DNA of 64,000 bases, taken from assembly GCA_016748015.1 (NCBI GenBank), contig JAAOMT010000436.1:2003511-2067510 (forward strand), written 5' to 3'. Of this stretch, positions 24,172 to 35,800 are shown piece after piece. Within the stretch, counting starts at the first letter, position 1. Each line of letters opens with the position of its first letter. This stretch comes from Geosiphon pyriformis uo1. Taxonomy: Eukaryota; Fungi; Glomeromycota. Under the pieces are notes generated by a model. That model did no database searches and was not told where the DNA came from. It worked only from the letters and a program-made list of their open reading frames with translations. The position numbers and the translations under genes were made by a program.

Positions 24172-25015
24172 ATGGAGAACCGTGGCAATAATTCGAAATT
24201 CCCTTTTATTAAAAAAGCCTCATTGCCAAACGAACAACCGCCATACCAACACCCAAGATCAACACAAAATAACAGCGGTAACAACACTAAATATTTACCA
24301 TATACACCTTATTCGCAACAGCAACAGCAGCCGGCCGGTCAACAACGCATTGAACATAAGAATGATAATGATAATTCTCCCAACAGACAGACACCACAGA
24401 AGTCATCCGCTAATACAATTCGTGCATTAGCCGCCGTCAACCAAGAAGTTATGGCGCCAATATCACACGGTAGTATTATGTCGTACCTGGGGTCGGCAGT
24501 TCGTTGTGTTGGACGTGTTGTAGGGGTATGTATATTGAATAACTAATTCTTCGTATTTGTTGACTGATATTTTAAGACACTTTTAAAATAGGTTGCGAAT
24601 GATAAGGTCAAATTGGAAATGTGTGATGGTGGAGAAATGGTTGTAAAAACAACGGTACGAGTATTTGGGGATTTTCTTTTTTGATGAATCAATTATCCCT
24701 TTTACGGTGTTGCTTCGTTGAAACACTTAGCATCCGGAAAACTACCGTTCTACCTTTGTTGAGGTTACTGGTCGTTTACAACGCGATAATTCACTTCAAG
24801 AATATACCATGATACAGTTTAATGAAGATTTCGGTATAATTTCTTATTTTTTCTTTGGTGATTTTTCTAAATGGGGCTCTTTCCAAACTAAAGTTGATAT
24901 TTTTGGTTTGATTTTTGTAGATATTATTCTATACAACCAAATGATGCAATTGTGCACAAATTTCCCGAATATTTTCCACGAATCAGAGACAAAAGATTTG
25001 GGTGGTAGTTTATAA
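24172..25015 (+). CDS. RFA3: Replication protein A 14 kDa subunit-like (Rep_fac-A_3); exons 24172-24525, 24592-24654, 24731-24833, 24921-25015
   Basis: Spliced OB-fold: SYLGSAVRCVGRV..FVEVTGRL..FNEDFDIILYNQMMQL..FPNIF. Confidence 0.75.
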
Positions 25016-25563
25016 AGAGATATCCTCTGATTGGTTTTTACATCGCTTCTTTGGTCATGAAAAAAATATTGAAAGATGTTGGTATTTGAAGATTCCTTTT
25101 TCGATATTTATATTTCTTTGCACATAAATAACATTATGATAAAATTTTCTAATGACAACATATTTGGCCTGTGTTTTTTTATTGATGCTAGTCTATGAAA
25201 TCAACAAATCAAGAAACATCCGGTGGTAGGCTGTATACAGGTTAAAAGTGCAAATGTCGTGGTATGCTTACTCCTTAATATTACTTTCGAGTTCCGAACT
25301 TCCAGTGACCATTCAGTAATTATCCATAAGATGAATTGAAGAAATTCACCACAGAATGGATTGCTTGGTTAGTGAACAACTTTACCAGTGTTCTATCTAA
25401 TCCAGACGGAAGTTTAGATTTTTAACAAATGCAGGGTGAGCTCAAGCTTGTAATATTTGGACTTCAGTTAAGAGTCCAGGCGAGAATTGTGTTATTATGA
25501 CTTTTATGTGATTTTCGCAATGCGTAGAAGCTTTGGTTGATTGAGTTGTTTAATAGATAATTT

Positions 25564-26073
25564 TCAAGTTTGCACACCAGGCAAATTCATTGCTCGTCTT
25601 TCTGAAGCTCGTTCTTTTAAAGCTCTAAGTCTTCGTTTTTCTTCCACTTCTCTTCGTTTTTCTTCCACCTCTTTTCGTTTTTCTTCGATCAATTGTTGTC
25701 TTGCTTCCGCTACTCGTTCCAATTCTATTATTTCGCGTTGCATCTCCAGATTACGTTGATTGTTCTCTATCTGCAAAAGACGTAATGCTTCTATTGCCGG
25801 TCGTAACCTCTCACGTTCTCGAGGTATACCTTGAAACCAATTCTGTTGTTCTTGAGCATTTAACCCTCGAATTTGTAATAAAAGCCTTTGAACTTCGGCC
25901 GCTTGTTCTTCCTCTGTTGAACTGTTTCGTGCTACCCATAGTTCGGCAAGTTGATCGAGCAGAAAAACAAAAGTCCCAAGCCCAATCACTAATATTGTTG
26001 CATTTTTAAGAAAATTATATTGATTGAAAATTATACCATCGGTAAGGAATCGAAAGCTTGTACCAATTGCCAT
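25564..26073 (-). CDS. Uncharacterised protein with N-terminal transmembrane helix and coiled coil
   Basis: 169-aa ATG ORF; hydrophobic ILVIGLGTFVFLL; E/R/K heptad tail; CpG retained. Confidence 0.65.
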   Translation of the reverse strand: MAIGTSFRFLTDGIIFNQYNFLKNATILVIGLGTFVFLLDQLAELWVARNSSTEEEQAAEVQRLLLQIRGLNAQEQQNWFQGIPRERERLRPAIEALRLLQIENNQRNLEMQREIIELERVAEARQQLIEEKRKEVEEKRREVEEKRRLRALKERASERRAMNLPGVQT

Positions 26074-26269
26074 TAGGTCTTTATTTAATGTGTTAGAAAA
26101 GTATTTTAAGTAGGGAAGCTTTGGTGAAAAATTATCATTGATATAGAATATCTTACGTCATCATCTACAATCAATGGGCCCACCTATAATGGAATTTAAA
26201 TTAATGCAAGTTGTCCTACGGTAGTCTAAGATAAGAGATGATGGACAATATGTGCGTGAAGTCAGGAAA

Positions 26270-27451
26270 ATGGATACTTCTTCAAACAAAACGTTGGTGT
26301 ACTCGCATCAAGGTTGCCGTGTTGGAAACATAACTCAGTATGTTCCTGTTCGACAATCTCGAGGGAAAAGTGTTCTTCTGATTGCCGATGTTCAAAAATT
26401 CTTTCCAGAAGCCAGAACCATTAATAAAGATGGGAAAGGTATTCCAGCAAGGTTATCACCTGACGGGAGGAGTTATGTGCTACCGGAACAATATGTACTG
26501 GAACCGGAAGATGAAGAAAAAATATTTGAGGTTGTAACCAGTTCAGCAGCTGGTGCACTTCAATTAACTGAAATAGAGTCATGTCTTCATGATTGTTTTG
26601 AAGATTTATATGAGAAGATAATTGGAGCGGTCGATGTCAAAGTTTCTCATTGGGGTGTTCAACATAATATACATGAACGAGAATCAGATAATGGGGAAGA
26701 GCAAATGAATAATAATTCAAATGATAGTTTAAATGATACTTCTGTTGTCGAATCAACTAGTTTAGCGATTCCTATATCAGGAATCGAAAATTCATTTTTA
26801 GAAATTGATAGTATGCTATTAACAAGACCACAGCTACCCGAGGAAAACCAACTTTCATTTATTACCAATGATGTAGAAGAGGCGACTCAAAGTATCCAAC
26901 CTTCGGGAGTTAATCAATATACACAAAATGATTCAATAACACCTCTTGAAGCTTCACGGTTGACAGAATCCACACCAAGACAATATGAATCATCCCTTCC
27001 ATTGAACATTAACCGAGGTGGGAATAGCAGCGGTGAAAATCAAGACCTTCCACCCTCCTATCATCAATCAATTTCTTTAAATATAGGTCGACTAACTACG
27101 CTTTTAAGAAATTTCGATAGGCATATCAAGGAAGAAGCATTATCAAACACTTGGACACATAATCGTCAGGAATGGCACGAGAGAAATCCATCTACTATTC
27201 AGGAATTCGCTAAACAAATGGTCGAATATGAATGTGCATTACCTTGGAGTTCACTAAATGCATTATGGGTCGAAGAGAGACCCCTTTGGTTAATTTTGGC
27301 TAAAAATGCCCAATCTGAGCGGCATTTAGCTGCTGCATTATTACAATTGGGTCAACATATAGTCGGATATCGAGAGGGTTGGCAAGAAATACGTCGTGCT
27401 TGGGAGAACGAATTATTAGAAATGTTGCTAAGAGGTTCAACTTATGTTTAA
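26270..27451 (+). CDS. Uncharacterised intronless protein with C-terminal Trp-rich helical repeats
   Basis: ~393-aa ORF from ATG 26270; repeated L..LL..(F/Y)E..I....W...R..W. Confidence 0.8.
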   Translation: MDTSSNKTLVYSHQGCRVGNITQYVPVRQSRGKSVLLIADVQKFFPEARTINKDGKGIPARLSPDGRSYVLPEQYVLEPEDEEKIFEVVTSSAAGALQLTEIESCLHDCFEDLYEKIIGAVDVKVSHWGVQHNIHERESDNGEEQMNNNSNDSLNDTSVVESTSLAIPISGIENSFLEIDSMLLTRPQLPEENQLSFITNDVEEATQSIQPSGVNQYTQNDSITPLEASRLTESTPRQYESSLPLNINRGGNSSGENQDLPPSYHQSISLNIGRLTTLLRNFDRHIKEEALSNTWTHNRQEWHERNPSTIQEFAKQMVEYECALPWSSLNALWVEERPLWLILAKNAQSERHLAAALLQLGQHIVGYREGWQEIRRAWENELLEMLLRGSTYV

Positions 27452-27809
27452 AAAGAATTTATGGTAATGCCAATTAGTCTTTGTAAAAGTAGAAAAATAC
27501 AGAGAATTTGTTTTTCAGGTCTTATCAATAACATCGCAAATATCATCACCTTTTGATTTTTCGCTTTGTAAAATTTGATGATTACATCATGAAGCATAGA
27601 AAACTACTTAAGCGTGTCATTTTGATGTCATTAGGTACCGAGTAGGATTAATTAAAAGTTGAAACGACGACACTCGGTATTTGTAGTCCAAAATTCTTGG
27701 CATTAAATGTAAGTATTTGTTGTGAAGAAGCTTTGATAAAAGGTACAATAGAAAGCCGCCAATTTCTAATATTTTTTGCATATTATCAAATTATTATGCA
27801 AGAAAAAGA

Positions 27810-28937
27810 ATGGAGGAAATTAACTATCTCACTAGAGAAACAGAAGAACTCACCCTTTCAACTTCCACACCTTTGGTGTTGGGAAACCAAAAAAGCGAAA
27901 GTTACACTATACAAGGTTACCGTCCTATAACCCCACCAGCCGAGCTTCAGGCTACGCCAACTCGGTCTCCAACGGTAACTTTTAACCTCCCCGAAGAAAC
28001 GTCAAAACAAAGTGTTCAAATTACTGTTGATTTAATTGATGGTTCTACGATGGGTGAGGTCCCCTTGTCACCAGTAATCACCGAACAAATACACTTTATT
28101 ACTGAAACAGAAGGCTATTTAATCAACACTTTATCCCCGGAGCTAGAGACCCTTGATCTCCAATGTTTTGAAGTCCCGAACGATATTTTGGTTGCGATGA
28201 AAGACCGCCATATAGAAATAAGAGAGCTGATAAAGTTTCATAATGATTGGTTCGATCTCGTGAAACATACCATTCCTTCAGATGAAGATTTGGAACGGTT
28301 TTTGAATGTACTATATGCTCCACGCGATAAGATGCCAGATCGTGAGTGGTTGGATGCTTTGTCCGAGTATCTACTTCCGAATCGACCTCTTCTTGAAAAG
28401 TTCAAGGAGTTCGTCGGATACGATTTGGAGATGGATATGGTGGTAGAGGCTAGTGGGGATCCTTACTATGAACCTTCGTTACATTCTACCCCAACTGGTA
28501 CTGGCGAAGATGATGAAAATGATGAAAATGATGAAAATGATGAAAATGATGAAAATGAGAAATTATTGTTTGGGAGAACTGTGAATGATTCCATTGCGCA
28601 ATATTATCACGGGGTCGACATCAAAGCAATTCGTGATTATCCAGAAAGATTGGCTACTTTCCAGACAACATATCCTCAATTCTTTGCTAATGTGGAGTCA
28701 CGTTTACAAAACGATCGAGATGACGAAGATCGATATCAGAATTTTCTCAGAAACTTTTTTGCCGATCGACATGTGATATCTGACGATCAGTGGGAGTCTA
28801 GTGTATATGAGGCGCTAAGTCGATGGCAAGATCTTTTTAATCAACTCAAAGAAATTATTGGACAAGAGCTTATTGCAGCTGGTGGTGACATTGATGATAG
28901 CAATTATTATGGGGAAGTGGGGCAAGAGAGATCTTAA
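27810..28937 (+). CDS. Uncharacterised intronless acidic protein with two PAH/HHD-like helical repeats
   Basis: 375-aa ORF with a visible internal duplication. Confidence 0.8.
   Translation: MEEINYLTRETEELTLSTSTPLVLGNQKSESYTIQGYRPITPPAELQATPTRSPTVTFNLPEETSKQSVQITVDLIDGSTMGEVPLSPVITEQIHFITETEGYLINTLSPELETLDLQCFEVPNDILVAMKDRHIEIRELIKFHNDWFDLVKHTIPSDEDLERFLNVLYAPRDKMPDREWLDALSEYLLPNRPLLEKFKEFVGYDLEMDMVVEASGDPYYEPSLHSTPTGTGEDDENDENDENDENDENEKLLFGRTVNDSIAQYYHGVDIKAIRDYPERLATFQTTYPQFFANVESRLQNDRDDEDRYQNFLRNFFADRHVISDDQWESSVYEALSRWQDLFNQLKEIIGQELIAAGGDIDDSNYYGEVGQERS
28512..28556 (+). repeat. (GATGAAAAT)5 coding tandem repeat (DEN x5)
   Basis: Five perfect 9-bp units. Confidence 0.95.
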
Positions 28938-30307
28938 CTATTATGAATTTCATTTTAACCTTTGAGAGCAAATGACATTGAGATTCGGATTCGGATTCAA
29001 CGGTCATTTCGAGATTTCATAAACAATGCAATACTAATTTATGGGGTGTTGAGATGACGTTTTATTACCTTTTATCATTAACGTAGGTTCATTTTTTTTA
29101 GCATCACTGCAACAACTAATGCTGTTGTTATTCCTGCTAGTTGTTTTTTCAGAGGCTTGAGTTTTAGTTTTTTTGTCTTAGCTCAGTAAGTGTTGGATCG
29201 TGAAGTTTTTCGTTCTAGGATACAGCTGTATCCTAACTTCAGAAATAGTTTTATCATCAAAACTAGTCATTTCTCCGTCACAATGTCAACAGTGAATTCA
29301 TGAATATTAATGTTTTTTTCTAATTTTTTAATACATTTTTGTAATAGTTTTTCAAGTTTGATTAAAAGAAATTGGACAATTGGGATTCTAGGTTTAATAA
29401 CTAAAATGTTTTTAGATAACCGATTTTTTTAATTTTCTTTGCTTTTTGATATTTTTGGAAAGCATTAACTGGTATTATTTCATTTAAAGCACTTGTTTTT
29501 TTGTTTTTTCATATATTTAAAAACAAATTTTTCTATAAAAACGTAAAGTTTTAAAATTTTAAATGTTAATTTATGTATTAATAAGCATAGTTGTTTAATT
29601 TTATTAAAAAAACCAATTAAAAATTATTTTATTTTAGTTAAATTTTATACATTTTTTAAAAGTTGTTATTTCTGTAAACATTATAGGAAATTATAATAAA
29701 AAAGTTATATATTCCTAATCTATATATTAAACAATCTAACTTTTTTGGTATAAAACTAATTTTGTTTACAAAATAAATAAATAAATTTTTATATATAAAA
29801 TTTGTAAATAGCTATAAAAGCATATAATATAATTAAGAATATTATTATTAATTTTAAAATTTTGCATGTGCGGAAGTTAAGCACGGGAATATTTTATCAG
29901 CCCTATATATTTTTTAAAGATTGCATTTTATTGCTTCCACGAATGTCCATCAAATATTATTTTTACCAAACAACTTTCTTTCAGTGTTGATAATTTGAAT
30001 GAATAAGAAATCAAGATATTATAACAAACTAAATATATTACAAATACAATGAAAAAAATACAAAATATTGAAGTTCACTCTTGGGCATTTATAGTCTGAA
30101 ATTATTGAAGATTTTACTATAATGCAATTATTCTACATAAAATTTATCTAGTGGCGACTGGCTATTTATGTACCAAAAAATGAATGTGTTTATCTATCGT
30201 GAGGGGCGTGAGTTGAAATTAAGAGGTAAGGGAATCCTGTCCCTCAGATGTATAGAATATAGAAAATGATTGTTCTGATTAATTAACAATTTATATATAT
30301 GCTCTCT

Positions 30308-31855
30308 TTAGTGAGTGTCTTCTGTTGAAAATATCCCCGATTTAGGAGATTCAAAAGCGGCCACAGCAGAATTACGATTAAGAAGGCTCAACCTTCTCAT
30401 TATTTTTGAGATAAATAATACATCGGCAAGTGGTGGAGTTTTTTTATTTGGCTCATCACAACCTAAATTAATTTCTTCGGCTGTAATAGTTGAAGAACGT
30501 TTCGACTTTGGGGTGCCAGTATCGCCCTGATATTCTAATTTCTCTTGACGTTGTACCCGGTGTCGATATATAAAAAGTGAGATGAGTGCTATTAATCCAA
30601 TGATTCCAATGATACTTCCAAATATGACGGGAAATTTGGAAGATCCATTAGTACCCTTGTAAAATGAGAAATCTTTCGAAGGGCCAGCTTCTGATGTAGA
30701 ATTATTGCTTTTTGATAATTGAGACTGATCCCCTGGTATAGTCCAAGTATTTAAAGATATATTATATTGATAGATTGTATCAAAAGTTGTATTAACTGTA
30801 TTTCCACCATAAAATATAACGCTATCTTTAAAAGGAATAGCAGAAAATCCACTCAATGATTGAATTCCTGCTGGTAGATGACCATTCACTGAAAAGGAAT
30901 CTTTTAAAGAGGAAATACCGTTCACATTGGTGGAAATTGATACCATTTGAACAGATGTAGTTGATGAGGGTGATATAACATATAGAGCATTTTTTTCGTC
31001 ATTAGAGGCAACTGTGATAGTACAATTTGAGCAAGGCATTAATGAAAAATTACTAGACAAGGTTTCTTGAGCCCATTGTTCAGTTCTCACATCAAAGGAG
31101 TAAATTAAGTTCGAAGGAGTGCCCTTTGGACTTAAAGTACCACCAAAAATGAATACTTTATTATTTAAAAAATTGATCCCTGAATTTAATAATGACTCAG
31201 GAGGGGAACTTAGTTGACGTGGATATTGAATCACAGTCCAATCATTATTTCCAGTGTGAGGAGTCAAAATATAGGTTGGATTGGAATCTGAAGCCAATCT
31301 AGAGGACCCTCCAAAGACAAATATTCCATATTTACCAGTCGGTAAAAGAATGTTCACAGCAACGTGCCCTCTCAAATAAGGAAATGGATTTGGGCCACCA
31401 TCATGAATTGTTTGTGCTGTCCAATTTTTTGTTAATGGATCATAGAGTTGTAAAAAATAATCTGATTTTGTAGCCTTTTCTAAAGGATTCCCACCAATTA
31501 CTAGTAATTTGTTATCCGGTGTTACTACACATGCTGCCTCAGAGACAAGGAAAGCATTGTTAACTGGCAACTTTTGCCATTCCAAGACTGATTTTTCGGT
31601 AAAATTGAACTGAAAGGATAAAGAAGAAAAATCAGAGTAATTATTCATCCCTAAACCACCAAAGATAACCATTGTAGAATTTTTCATTAAAGCAGCACAA
31701 TGATTTTTACGCGGTCCTGGTGAATTAAACTGCTGGGGTAACACTGACTGCATCAAAGCGAATGTCCAAAGTATGAAAGGGTATATTATATTAGAATTTG
31801 TTAACGACGAATTTCCAGTAAGAAATCGAACAATCAGAAGCAGACTAGCCGCCAT
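30308..31855 (-). CDS. Kelch-repeat single-pass membrane protein
   Basis: Repeated hhhFGG..YD...W motifs, N-terminal hydrophobic segment, TM helix IFGSIIGIIGLIALISLFIY followed by basic residues. Confidence 0.88.
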   Translation of the reverse strand: MAASLLLIVRFLTGNSSLTNSNIIYPFILWTFALMQSVLPQQFNSPGPRKNHCAALMKNSTMVIFGGLGMNNYSDFSSLSFQFNFTEKSVLEWQKLPVNNAFLVSEAACVVTPDNKLLVIGGNPLEKATKSDYFLQLYDPLTKNWTAQTIHDGGPNPFPYLRGHVAVNILLPTGKYGIFVFGGSSRLASDSNPTYILTPHTGNNDWTVIQYPRQLSSPPESLLNSGINFLNNKVFIFGGTLSPKGTPSNLIYSFDVRTEQWAQETLSSNFSLMPCSNCTITVASNDEKNALYVISPSSTTSVQMVSISTNVNGISSLKDSFSVNGHLPAGIQSLSGFSAIPFKDSVIFYGGNTVNTTFDTIYQYNISLNTWTIPGDQSQLSKSNNSTSEAGPSKDFSFYKGTNGSSKFPVIFGSIIGIIGLIALISLFIYRHRVQRQEKLEYQGDTGTPKSKRSSTITAEEINLGCDEPNKKTPPLADVLFISKIMRRLSLLNRNSAVAAFESPKSGIFSTEDTH

Positions 31856-31906
31856 TCTGAAAGGGTAAAAAAAAGGTAAAGAAAAATAGTGATGAAGAAA
31901 TGGGAA

Positions 31907-31935
31907 TTGATTTGATTTGATTTGATTTGATTTGA
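31907..31935 (+). repeat. (TTTGA)5 microsatellite
   Basis: Direct reading. Confidence 0.9.
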
Positions 31936-32821
31936 AAGGGGTATAAACGAATGTAAAAAGTAAAGAAGCCTGCTAAAGCGGGCCTGATGTAAAAAAAAAT
32001 AGGTTAAAAGTGACTATAGCATTTCTTTGTAATTAAGCAAACTTGAATATGGGTGCTTTACTAAATACTTGTCGGGACAATTTAATTGGGTATAAATAAA
32101 CCTTCACTCTTGTTATACGCGTCTACCCGTGTTTTGCATAAGAAATAAGTTGGATCATGTTGTACTCTAAGTAATTTTAATTATGAAAGGAGAAAGTATA
32201 CATTATAAAATGTATCACTAGATTAATGTTAGGGGACCTATCAAACTCAGGGATTTACGTATCACCGTGATCCCCTCGAGGGGGTTTTTTTTATATAAAA
32301 TAATATTTTATTTTTCAGATTCTTTTTATCAAGATTTTTTAAATTATATGAAAGTTATTATTATTATTATTAATTGAAAATATATGTGTTTTTTTAAATT
32401 AAATTATTAACTTTTTAATTTTAATAATCAAAAAAATATTTTTTTTTTTTTTTTGGAAAATAAAAATCTACTTTGGTATAAATTGGTTTTATTGTAAATC
32501 TGCTTTTTTCCGAATTAAAAAAAAAAGCATGTGAATGTATTTTTAGTTCTCATAATTTTTTTTTTCTTTTTGAGTTGAGCCGAAAAAAACGAAGATCCAA
32601 TAAACCCGAGTTTAAATATGCATGCTTGAATTACGCATTTGTTATTGAAATCGAATACCCACCAATAGTTTACAGCAACAATTGTCAATTGATCTTTTAT
32701 TGATAGATGGCAAAGTGAGTTGTAAAAACTTTACTAGTCATTTCCTGTTGTCTTCATATATACTCCCTCCTCCCCCCTACAAGTGGAAACTTTCAAATCG
32801 TCCCCATTCCATCAGGATTTT

Positions 32822-35800
32822 ATGCAGAATATGGTTTCTTATGAAACTGAAAAAAACATTTCCCGCCCATATAACAACAAACAAAACTCTTACCCAGAAA
32901 TAATGTACAACACTAATTACACACATGAATTTGGCTATGACCATCGCTCCTCAACAAATCGGCCAAGAGTTCGAAGCGCTTACTACAATCATTCACCTCG
33001 TCATCAAGAGCAAGCGGAAAATTTTCGTCATTCACAACACTCTCAACCACATTCTCAATCTTATCAAACCCTACCACAGCCCCCTCAACCACCACACAGT
33101 TCTCGATACATTGGGCCACAAGAACTACTTGAACATTCTCAGTTCCTTGACTTTCCTCAAACATCACTACACTCGTCACCTGTCCCCTCACAACCTCATA
33201 GAAATTATTATGACCTTCCGCCAGCGATCGCATTTCAACCAGCGCCTGACCAATTTCAAGGCTCTGGGCGTACTCAATCTTTAACCTCTCAATCTTTTAT
33301 ACAAAGTGGAAGGCGATCACCTCAACCATTTTTAGGAACAATTGTTTCACTTCTTCCACGTAATAAATCAATATCAGGTATTGAAACCTCAACCTCTTGA
33401 AGTATCTTATCTCTTTTAATAGGTATTAATTTTCATCTTTAAAATTTAGTTACACCAAATCTGATACCACCAAAAGATTCTGAGCAAAATGCCATTTATT
33501 TTAGGCGTTCAACAGAAAGTGTTCGTGACAGGCCTAAACCTTCGTTTGCTGTTAAACCATATGAAAGAAATCGTTCTTTTTCATATTCGGATTCGTCTCC
33601 TAAAACCTCAGATTCATATAGTGCCCCATCCTCTCCATCAACCCTTGCATCTCAACAACGCAGTCCAGTCGTATATCCGGCATTATTATCCCGGGTTGCC
33701 GAAGCTTTTCGAGTGAGAGTCACTCTATCAACCAAAATAAAAGATAATCTTGAATACAAAGGGTGTTTTGATGGTAGAGAAGCTGTGGTATTTATCATTT
33801 GAAATTTATTAAATCCACTAAAAAGAAAAATCTCAAAATTGACATTTAGAAAATATCTATTTTATTAAATAAAAAATTCTAAAGAATAAAAGTTTACTTT
33901 TTTGACTCAAATTATAGGACAATATTGCCTATATTATTAAAACGACGGATCGGAATTTAGCATTATTGCTTGGGCGTGCTTTGGATGCTCAAAAGTTTTT
34001 TCATGATGTCACATACGATCATCGTCTCCGTGATTCTCATTACGAGTTATATCAATTCCAAAAAATGCCCTCATTTATATCTTTGAATGAATACGAAGAT
34101 CTATCAGGAGATGAAGAAGATGAAAGTGAAGCCGAAGAAAATGACCTCCCCAATGGAGTTTTTACTCTTCTTACTGATTGCTATTCACCAACTTGTACTC
34201 GAGATAACGTCTGCTACAGTATCGCTTGCCCCCGACGATTAGAACAAGTACATTTATATTTTGACATAATAATAGTAATAATAATAACAACAACAATAAT
34301 AATAATAATAATAATCTATATTGGGCTCTATCCATTCTTTGAAAATTATCATATCATTATTTTTTAGCATGCCCGAACAAATATGAAGCCAAATCCAATC
34401 CTTAATCGTTCAGAAAGTCGAGGATCTATATCTGATAAAAAAGTAAACGATTTTTTCTTTAAAAGGATCTTTGCGCATCATCTTCTTTATCATAATGGAT
34501 TAAAAATATGTACATTCCTAATCAATATCTTTACTATATTTTAGGACCAGAAATTATGGGTACATTCTGTGTCCCCAGAGATAGCCAATTCCGTTTCTGA
34601 GACCGAGAAAAAACGACAAGAAGCTATCAACGAAGTCATATATACAGAGAAGGATTTTGTTCGTGATCTTGAGTATCTTAGAGATGTAAGGAATATTCTT
34701 CATAATACTTCATAATTTTTTTAACCCATAATCTAATGTAAAATTTTGCATATTTCCAGGTTTGGATGTTGCCACTCTTTCACCAAGATCTCCTACCGGA
34801 AAATCGTCGTTATGAGTTTGTCAATGAAGTCTTTTACAACATTATGGAAGTCTACACCGTTAATTCTAAACTAGCTGATGCATTACAAAAGCGACAAAAC
34901 TCTTATGCAATTGTGGAACAAATTGGCGATATTTTTTTAGAATTTGTACCCTCGTTTGATCCGTTTATTAAGTATGGTGCTCATCAATTATGGGGTAAAT
35001 ATGAGTTTGAGAGGGAGAAAAATGAAAACCCAGAATTTGCAAAATTCGTCGAGGTAAATAAAAATTTCATTTGGATTTTTTTTTTTTTTTCGCCAATTCT
35101 TATAAGAACAAACCAATTTGCATTTTTTTTAGGATACGGAACGCTTACCTCAATCGCGAAAATTAGAATTAAATGGTTATTTAACAAAACCCACCACCCG
35201 TCTTGGTCGTTATCCCCTATTGCTTGAAGCTGTGCTAAAACAAACACCTCAAGATCATCCTGACTTTACAAATCTTCCAAAGGTTATCAGCATTATCAGA
35301 GAGTTTCTTACAAATGTAAACGTGGAATCTGGTAGATCAGAAAATCGATTCAACCTACAGCATCTACACGATCACCTCAAAGGAACAGAACATGTGGTAT
35401 TCAATCCCCTTTCAGATCTTGCATACTTTTGTATTTAATTGATCTAATTTTTTGAATTCTAGGATTTAAAACTGATGGAAGAAGGGCGACAGCTGATCTT
35501 TAAAGGGACTCTAAAAAAACGATCGGGTGCTGGGGAATCATCGGATCTTCAAGTTTTTCTATTTGATCATGTTCTATTGATGGTAAAGGTCAAAACTGTA
35601 AATAAAGTAGAGCAGTATAAAATTAATAGAAAGGTAATATATATTTTTCAGGGCTTTCTCATCTTATTTTTTAAATCTGTTTCAGTTATTTTACTTTATC
35701 CATATTTCGTTCAATCTCTCGTAGCCCATTCCTCTAGAACTTCTTACCACCTCAATTCTAGAAAGTCCCAATGAAAACATTCGTGCTGTTCAAAAAAGAC

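Noticed and set aside
32272-32292. Rho-independent terminator
   Set aside because: Eukaryotic DNA between divergent genes; the palindrome has no loop
32707-32783. ATG 32707 micro-exon as the ROM2 start
   Set aside because: Splicing GT 32715 to AG 32783 gives a frame that stops early; more likely a 5' UTR intron or uORF
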